From IMG/VR virus record IMGVR_UViG_2585427787_000007: 5,915 nucleotides of DNA, one strand, 5' to 3'. The translations under genes were made by a program, and so were the position numbers. Numbering within the stretch: the first letter of the stretch is position 1; every line of letters starts with the position of its first letter. This DNA is from a virus (lineage: Duplodnaviria > Heunggongvirae > Uroviricota > Caudoviricetes). Shown here one piece after another: positions 5,475-5,915 of the stretch. Under the pieces are notes generated by a model that had not been told where the DNA came from, searched no databases, and saw only the letters and a list, made by a program, of their open reading frames with translations.

Positions 5475-5915
5475 AGTATGTCTTTATTGAAAAACATCAG
5501 GCTGAGTTCAGCATCAAAGCAATGTGCCGCGTGCTCCGGGTGGCCCGCAGCGGCTGGTATACGTGGTGTCAGCGGCGGACAAGGATAAGCACGCGTCAGC
5601 AGTTCCGCCAACACTGCGACAGCGTTGTCCTCGCGGCTTTTACCCGGTCAAAACAGCGTTACGGTGCCCCACGCCTGACGGATGAACTGCGTGCTCAGGG
5701 TTACCCCTTTAACGTAAAAACCGTGGCGGCAAGCCTGCGCCGTCAGGGACTGAGGGCAAAGGCCTCCCGGAAGTTCAGCCCGGTCAGCTACCGCGCACAC
5801 GGCCTGCCTGTGTCAGAAAATCTGTTGGAGCAGGATTTTTACGCCAGTGGCCCGAACCAGAAGTGGGCAGGAGACATCACGTACTTACGTACAGATGAAG
5901 GCTGGCTGTATCTGG
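5471..5915 (+). CDS. insF: IS3 OrfB (InsF, DDE transposase catalytic subunit), 3'-truncated by the window edge
   Basis: [36 protein letters not shown]... in the -1 frame relative to insE, overlapping its stop (ATGA); matches IS3 InsF from memory. Confidence 0.9.

Larger units (their letters stand above)
5110..5915 (+). mobile_element. IS3 insertion sequence, partial (left end at 5110; runs off the window)
   Basis: Left terminus TGATCTTACCCAGCAATAGTGGACACGCGGC... followed by insE and insF; recognised as IS3 from memory. Confidence 0.9.

Noticed and set aside
5251-5614. ORFs 5251-5469 (+) and 5339-5614 (-) inside IS3
   Set aside because: They overlap insE/insF in other frames; IS3 is known to encode only OrfA, OrfB and the OrfAB fusion.
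1-5915. CRISPR arrays, tRNA or rRNA genes
   Set aside because: No regularly spaced direct repeats of CRISPR type, no cloverleaf-like tRNA candidates and nothing resembling rRNA were seen on visual scan of both strands; the short repeats at 1581-1680 are too few and irregular to be CRISPR.

Overview
This window reads as the right-arm (nin-to-Q) segment of a cryptic lambdoid prophage of the Escherichia/Shigella Qin type, bracketed by two insertion sequences. Identifications rest on recall of the protein and IS sequences, not on a database search. Left to right, all on the + strand: the 3' 640 bp of an IS1 copy (insA tail, insB, A6C frameshift motif, terminal inverted repeat at 618-640); a ~0.9 kb strongly AT-rich island holding an ORF whose frame is open up to the IS1 end, so probably the 3' fragment of an IS1-disrupted gene; a hok-family type I toxin locus (hokD, with an in-frame mok-like extension and typical 3' hairpins); rem; an unnamed 92-codon ORF; a ydfU-like DUF968 protein with a C-terminal Cys/His motif; a RusA-family Holliday junction resolvase; a Q-type late antiterminator with CxxC repeats; a PR'-like late promoter and short intrinsic terminator; and the left end of an IS3 copy (insE, start of insF) about 40 bp past that terminator. 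No tRNA, rRNA or CRISPR array was seen. The most interesting parts are the AT-rich IS1-truncated cargo gene at a prophage moron position and the hokD locus, which appears to have its own leader here and no relBE upstream within the window.
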